Source: an uncultured virus (IMG/VR IMGVR_UViG_3300027782_000069)
Lineage: Duplodnaviria > Heunggongvirae > Uroviricota > Caudoviricetes
Reading direction: 5' to 3' (one strand)
DNA length: 20,000 nucleotides
IMG/VR virus record: IMGVR_UViG_3300027782_000069
Position 1 is the first letter of the stretch; every line of letters starts with the position of its first letter. Shown one piece after another: positions 15,335 to 20,000 of the stretch. Below the pieces are notes generated by a model. That model searched no databases. It was not told the DNA's origin and saw only the letters and a list, made by a program, of their open reading frames with translations. The position numbers and the translations under genes were made by a program.

Positions 15335-15986
15335 TAACTCTCTGACTATTCTCAAAAACTTCGCTGGAATTAACAATTCAATTCTGGTAAAGAAGGGAAC
15401 TCGTCTTCGCACGATTTCTGTTGCGAAGAATATTCTTGCTGAAGCAGATATTACTGAAGAGTTTCCCCGTGATTTTGCTATCTATGATCTGAATCAGTTT
15501 CTGAATGGTCTGAGTCTTCACCAAGATCCTGATCTGGATTTTTCTGAGGATTCCTACATTACTATTCGTGAGGGTAAGCGTAGGGTTAAGTATTTCTATG
15601 CGGACCCTAATGTGATCATTTCTCCTCCAGATAAGGAAATTCAACTACCGTCTCAGGACGTTTGTTTTCAACTTGAGAGTGCTTCTTTAGAAAAATTGGT
15701 CAAGGCGGCAGCAGTTTATCAACTTCCTGACTTTTCTGCAGTTGGTGAAGCAGGGGTGATTCGTTTGGTGGTTCGTGATAAGAAGAATGATACTTCTAAC
15801 GAATACTCTATTGTAGTTGGTGAAACGGATCAGGAGTTCACTTTCAACTTCAAAGTTGAAAACATTAAGATCATTCCTGGTTCCTACGACGTGGTTGTGT
15901 CACAAAAACTTCTGTCACAGTTCACGAATTCTAAGCACAATCTACAGTATTATATTGCTCTGGAACCTGATTCAACTTTCAATTGA
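15321..15986 (+). CDS. gp45: Sliding clamp gp45
   Basis: MKLSDNSLTILKNFAGINNSI...FAIYDLNQFL...FNFKVENIKIIPGSYDV...YYIALEPDS. Alternative start at ATG 15300; the track's 15264 start is probably too long. Confidence 0.97.
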   Translation: MKLSDNSLTILKNFAGINNSILVKKGTRLRTISVAKNILAEADITEEFPRDFAIYDLNQFLNGLSLHQDPDLDFSEDSYITIREGKRRVKYFYADPNVIISPPDKEIQLPSQDVCFQLESASLEKLVKAAAVYQLPDFSAVGEAGVIRLVVRDKKNDTSNEYSIVVGETDQEFTFNFKVENIKIIPGSYDVVVSQKLLSQFTNSKHNLQYYIALEPDSTFN

Positions 15987-16411
15987 TGATTTTTTTACAT
16001 TATTTGAGTCCTACAGGACAACAACTAATTCAAGATTTGATTTCTGCAAAGTTTCATATTCATGAAAATGTTGAGTTTTGTAGGAAATCAAATCTCTTTG
16101 GTTATGTAGATTTCCCCAAAAAATTTGTGATCTGCACGAATAACATCAAAAAAAGTGGATTTGATCCTAATTATTATGTTGAAGAAACTGTTTATCACGA
16201 AGCAACTCATGCTGCCCAAATATGCAAGAGTAATCAAAACTTAGGTCTTTCTGCAAAGAATATGCCTTTACCTTCGAATAAAATCCAAGATATTAAAAAC
16301 GCCCTTAAAGCAAGTGGTGGTCGAGGATCTAGGATGAAAGAGCACGAAGCATTTTGGTTAGAGGATAAACCACAGCAAGTTCGTTATTATGTGAAAAAGT
16401 TCTGTTTTTAA
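15986..16411 (+). CDS. Hypothetical protein with HEXXH zinc-metallopeptidase-like motif
   Basis: ETVYHEATHAAQ.C and downstream EHEAFWLE; ATG overlaps the gp45 stop. Confidence 0.75.
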   Translation: MIFLHYLSPTGQQLIQDLISAKFHIHENVEFCRKSNLFGYVDFPKKFVICTNNIKKSGFDPNYYVEETVYHEATHAAQICKSNQNLGLSAKNMPLPSNKIQDIKNALKASGGRGSRMKEHEAFWLEDKPQQVRYYVKKFCF

Positions 16412-16413
16412 TT

Positions 16414-16941
16414 ATGAACATCTTTGTAACTGACGTGTCTCCCAGTAAGTCTGCTCAAGTACTTCCTGATAAGCACGTCGTGAAAATGCCCCTAGAGACC
16501 TGTCAGATGGTCTCTATCATCTATTCTAAGTGGTATTGTGATTGGGGCACAATTAATAAAGCAGACGGCACTCCTTACAATACAGTAAAGGGTGCCTTTC
16601 GTAATCATCCCTGCACCAAATGGGCTGCAGATAATCACTACAATCTTGCCTGGTTGATTACACACGGAATACATTTATGCTTTGAGTACGAACATCGGTA
16701 TCAGAAACGGCACTCTTGTTTGAGTACTCTGGAAGAAGCAATGGTAATCTTTCATAACAATGCTAAGATTTCCATTTCTGAGCATACTAATGTAAAAGAA
16801 TTCACTCGGGCAATGCCTGATGAATATAAACTTGATGATAGTATTGATACACCAACAGCATACAAAATGTATGTTGCATCTAAACCCTGGGTGTGCGATA
16901 ATTATCTTCGCCGTCCAGAACGGAAACCTGATTGGATTTGA
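16414..16941 (+). CDS. denV: Pyrimidine dimer DNA glycosylase / endonuclease V-like protein
   Basis: MNIFV.D..P..SAQ.LPDKHVVKMPLETCQM, FRNHPCTKWA, L..EY..RY.K.H, RAMPDEYK, AYKMY...K. Confidence 0.8.
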   Translation: MNIFVTDVSPSKSAQVLPDKHVVKMPLETCQMVSIIYSKWYCDWGTINKADGTPYNTVKGAFRNHPCTKWAADNHYNLAWLITHGIHLCFEYEHRYQKRHSCLSTLEEAMVIFHNNAKISISEHTNVKEFTRAMPDEYKLDDSIDTPTAYKMYVASKPWVCDNYLRRPERKPDWI

Positions 16942-16943
16942 TT

Positions 16944-17105
16944 ATGAAACTTTTTGGAATATGTTTTCAGTTATGGAAAGACCTTATAAAATTTGATGGT
17001 CACGATGAAGAATGGGACTTTGAAGATTATCAAAATATTTTTTGGGACTATTTGAATTATTCTCATATTAGGAAAGACTGGAGTATTATGAGTGAGTGGA
17101 AATGA
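16944..17105 (+). CDS. Small aromatic/acidic hypothetical protein (53 aa, not in ORF track)
   Basis: Manual translation: MKLFGICFQLWKDLIKFDGHDEEWDFEDYQNIFWDYLNYSHIRKDWSIMSEWK. Fills the gap exactly, with an ATGA overlap into gp44. Confidence 0.72.
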   Translation: MKLFGICFQLWKDLIKFDGHDEEWDFEDYQNIFWDYLNYSHIRKDWSIMSEWK

Positions 17106-18046
17106 GCAGTAACTTTATTTGGGTGGAAAAGTATCGCCCAAAGACTATTGAAGATTGTATTCTCCCAGAGAATATTAAGAAGACCTTTAGTGATTTTCTA
17201 AATAAAGGCGAAATACCAAATATGCTTCTTTGTGGTCCTCCTGGTGTGGGTAAGACTACAGTAGCAAAGGCACTATGTAATGAATTGGGAGTGGATTTTT
17301 ATGTTATCAATGGATCCGACGAAGGTAGATTCCTTGATACTGTCAGAAACAATGCGAAGAACTTTGCTTCGACCGTCTCACTTTCGTCAGATGCTAAGCA
17401 CAAAGTCGTTATCATTGATGAAGCAGATAACACAGGGAACGACGTACAACTCCTCCTACGGGCGTTTATTGAGGAGTTTGCTGGTAACTGCAGATTCATC
17501 TTTACCTGCAACTACAAAAACAAAATAATCGAACCTCTCCACTCCCGATGTGCTGTGGTCGAGTTCGGTATTAAGGGAAAAGAAAAAACTCAGTTGGCGG
17601 GATCTTTCTTCAAGCGTTTACAGGACATCCTGGATGCGGAAGGTGTGCGATATGATCCTAAGGTCCTTGCCGAACTGATTAACAAGCACTTCCCCGATTG
17701 GCGTAGAGTTCTCAATGAATGTCAGAGGTATTCTGTTGGCGGTGAGATTGATAGTGGTATTCTTGCATCCTTCTCTGATGTTGCCGTAAATGATCTCATT
17801 ACTCACCTCAAAGATAAGAACTTTTCTGAAGTCCGAAAGTGGGTTGTTGCCAACTTGGACAACGATTCTTCTATCATTCTTCGCAGGATTTATGATGCCT
17901 GTTATACTCATCTTTCACCCCAAACTATACCTGCTGCTGTTCTTGTTATTGCTAAGTATCAATATCAGATTGCATTTGTTGCTGACCAAGAAATTAACCT
18001 CTTAGCAGCATTAACTGAAATAATGGTTGAGTGTGAGTTCCAGTGA
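17102..18046 (+). CDS. gp44: Clamp loader large subunit gp44
   Basis: FIWVEKYRPKTIEDCILP, GPPGVGKTT, INGSDEGR, IIDEAD, FIFTCNY, PLHSRC, FPDWRR. Confidence 0.98.
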   Translation: MSSNFIWVEKYRPKTIEDCILPENIKKTFSDFLNKGEIPNMLLCGPPGVGKTTVAKALCNELGVDFYVINGSDEGRFLDTVRNNAKNFASTVSLSSDAKHKVVIIDEADNTGNDVQLLLRAFIEEFAGNCRFIFTCNYKNKIIEPLHSRCAVVEFGIKGKEKTQLAGSFFKRLQDILDAEGVRYDPKVLAELINKHFPDWRRVLNECQRYSVGGEIDSGILASFSDVAVNDLITHLKDKNFSEVRKWVVANLDNDSSIILRRIYDACYTHLSPQTIPAAVLVIAKYQYQIAFVADQEINLLAALTEIMVECEFQ

Positions 18047-18237
18047 GTTATAAGAAACTGAGAGATGAACCAGTAAAAACTACTCCCGAAAATGTAAAGG
18101 AGGCAAATGAAGCACTCTTTTATTCTAAAATGAATCTTCCGCAAGCAGCAAAGCATTGCGGAATGACTAATAAAGAAATGAAATTAACTTTTTGGGAATA
18201 TTTGAAGTATCACAAACCTAATTATGATCAATCCTGA
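18043..18237 (+). CDS. Small hypothetical protein (possible helix-turn-helix)
   Basis: PVKTTPENVKEANEALF..KMNLPQAAKHCGMT.KEMKLTF.EYL; GTGA overlap with gp44. Confidence 0.75.
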   Translation: MSYKKLRDEPVKTTPENVKEANEALFYSKMNLPQAAKHCGMTNKEMKLTFWEYLKYHKPNYDQS

Positions 18238-18742
18238 ATTATTTGATTTTCCTTCCATCTTTGGGGTTGTTAAATCTACTGATGGTTTAAAACGACAACA
18301 AACACGCCCATTGCGAGCAGAAGTTCAGGAAATTGCAATTGCCAAGTATAGTGGAGGTCAATTGCAATATGTTGGAGACAAAGAAAATGGTAGAGATTTT
18401 TATGGTATTGTAGATACTCTTTATTATGAATCCAAAGGCATGGATGGATTATTTCAAAAAACAGTCCCATACACTAAAGAAATTACATTGAAAAATTTTC
18501 AGGGTAATAATTTAGGTCTTCCTAAAAAAACTTTTGATTATATGCTTCTTTGGGATACTACAAATTATACCGTTGGTATTTGTAGTTGGGATGCATGTAT
18601 GAAGCATACTGTTGTTAAAGATGCAACAGTTGCATTTCGTGTTGATTATAGTGACATTACCTTCTTGGCAAAAAATGTTACTCCAATAGAGAAGCAAGAT
18701 TTTTCTATTAAACTTTATGAATTAATTGAGCAATTGGTATGA
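18224..18742 (+). CDS. Hypothetical protein, possible PD-(D/E)XK nuclease
   Basis: 172-aa ORF overlapping both neighbours; E...GRDF...YESKG arrangement. The ORF itself is solid; the function is tentative. Confidence 0.6.
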   Translation: MINPELFDFPSIFGVVKSTDGLKRQQTRPLRAEVQEIAIAKYSGGQLQYVGDKENGRDFYGIVDTLYYESKGMDGLFQKTVPYTKEITLKNFQGNNLGLPKKTFDYMLLWDTTNYTVGICSWDACMKHTVVKDATVAFRVDYSDITFLAKNVTPIEKQDFSIKLYELIEQLV

Positions 18743-19617
18743 GTATGAAATCTCTTAAAACTCCGTTACGCTACCCTGGTGGCAAGTCCCGTGCCTGCAT
18801 CAAGATGGATCAATACTTTCCAGATCTACGAGACTATGATGAGTTCCGAGAACCATTTCTTGGTGGAGGAAGTGTTGCAATTCATATCACAAAGAAGTAT
18901 CCAAACTTGGGTATTTGGGTGAATGACCTTTATGAACCGCTGGTAAACTTCTGGCAACAACTCCAGATATTTGGTGTGGATCTTAAAGATAGACTTACTG
19001 ATCTTAAATCAGCAAATAATACTCCAGAACTGGCAAAAGATCTTTTCTTGAAATCAAAGGAATTGGTTAATAACCTAGAGGCATCTAGTCTTGATCGTGC
19101 CGTAGCATTTTACATTGTAAATAAGTGTTCTTTTAGTGGTCTTACTGAGAGTTCTTCATTTTCGGCGCAGGCAAGTAATTCTAACTTCTCTTTGCGTTGT
19201 ATCGAAAAACTTCCTGCGTATTCTGAGATTATTGCCAAATGGCGGATCACTAATTACTCCTACGATTATCTAATGGACGGAAATAAAGGTGCTTTTATGT
19301 ATCTTGATCCTCCTTATGATATTAAGGATAATCTTTATGGGAATAAAGGATCAATGCATAAGGGATTTGATCACGATAAGTTTGCTGTTGATTGTGATAA
19401 TAATAATATGAATCAGTTGGTGAGTTATAATTCTGATCAACTTGTGAAGGATAGATTTAAGGACTGGAATGCTGCTGAGTTTGATCTAACTTATACAATG
19501 CGTTCAGTTGGTGAATATATGCGTGATCAAAAACAACGTAAAGAACTCTTACTTTTTAATTATGGAATTGAAGGACTGGTTAAACTCGATCAATCAGACG
19601 AAGAAGCATCTGATTGA
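18739..19617 (+). CDS. dam: DNA adenine methyltransferase (Dam/D12 class)
   Basis: PLRYPGGKS, EPFLGGGSV, WVNDL, YLDPPY, VSYN, ELLLFNY. Confidence 0.95.
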   Translation: MSMKSLKTPLRYPGGKSRACIKMDQYFPDLRDYDEFREPFLGGGSVAIHITKKYPNLGIWVNDLYEPLVNFWQQLQIFGVDLKDRLTDLKSANNTPELAKDLFLKSKELVNNLEASSLDRAVAFYIVNKCSFSGLTESSSFSAQASNSNFSLRCIEKLPAYSEIIAKWRITNYSYDYLMDGNKGAFMYLDPPYDIKDNLYGNKGSMHKGFDHDKFAVDCDNNNMNQLVSYNSDQLVKDRFKDWNAAEFDLTYTMRSVGEYMRDQKQRKELLLFNYGIEGLVKLDQSDEEASD

Positions 19618-19942
19618 TGAAGATCCTTCTCTTGAGAAGGACTATGCCCCATATATTATCAATCGCTGTCTCTCTGGGCATATTGATTGTCTGATGTTTG
19701 CAAATGAAATGAATAAGTATCATTTCCTCCCTAAAAAGATGCAGTATGACTTTTTTATAAATATTCTGAGGACTAAGAAGAGATTCTCTCCTTGGCTCCG
19801 TAAAGATACAATCAAAGATCTTGATTATGTTAAACGTTACTATGGTTATAGTAATGAAAAGGCAAAACAGGCTTTGAGGATTCTTACTAAAGAACAACTA
19901 ACATTTATTAAATCGAAATTTGAAACTGGAGGAACAAAATGA
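19562..19942 (+). CDS. gp62: Clamp loader small subunit gp62
   Basis: MELKDWLNSINQTK...YAPYIINRCLS..D...ANEMN...QYDF...KKRFSPW...YYGYSNEKAKQAL; start at ATG 19562. Confidence 0.96.
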   Translation: MELKDWLNSINQTKKHLIDEDPSLEKDYAPYIINRCLSGHIDCLMFANEMNKYHFLPKKMQYDFFINILRTKKRFSPWLRKDTIKDLDYVKRYYGYSNEKAKQALRILTKEQLTFIKSKFETGGTK

Positions 19943-20000
19943 GTGTCGTTCAAGAACCTGAAGTAAAGTGGACGCCCGACCAAATGGTGGAAGTGATTCT
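19939..20000 (+). CDS. regA: Translational repressor RegA (3'-truncated)
   Basis: SD GGAGG at 19928 and ATGA overlap with gp62. MSVVQEPEVKWTPDQMVEVI matches the cyanophage RegA N-terminus; synteny gp62-regA. Confidence 0.85.
   Translation, partial: MSVVQEPEVKWTPDQMVEVI

Noticed and set aside
1..20000. tRNA/rRNA genes, introns, inteins, or alternative genetic code
   Set aside because: Intergenic gaps are short and explained by promoters and terminators; core genes have normal lengths and translate uninterrupted with the standard code.

Overview
20 kb of an AT-rich T4-like myophage, almost certainly a cyanophage (Kyanoviridae-like; freshwater origin is a guess). All real genes are on the + strand in the conserved T4/cyanomyovirus order: gp23 (5'-truncated), gp3, uvsY, uvsW, a conserved hypothetical, gp55, gp47, a small ORF, gp46, an accessory island, a HEXXH/vWA protein, a CobS-like AAA+ ATPase, a DUF3310-like protein, gp45, a HEXXH ORF, a DenV-like glycosylase, gp44, dam, gp62 and regA (3'-truncated). 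The main candidate system is a set of late-promoter-driven, modular putative internal head proteins. Three paralogs (8823-11240) share an N-terminal leader and an acidic ~39-aa module ending in SIVE, flanked by unrelated cargo segments, with several module boundaries matching the gp21 prohead-protease site (I/L-X-E). A fourth ORF begins with a T4 IP-like capsid-targeting sequence, and an RlpA-like (DPBB) protein with a similar leader is inserted right after gp23. Also notable are a four-copy quasi-palindromic motif fused to terminators and -10 boxes, a perfect-consensus antisense sigma70 promoter diverging from gp55, a putative PD-(D/E)XK nuclease next to dam, and two small ORFs missing from the ORF track. 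Functional assignments come from motif recognition and gene order only; no searches were run.
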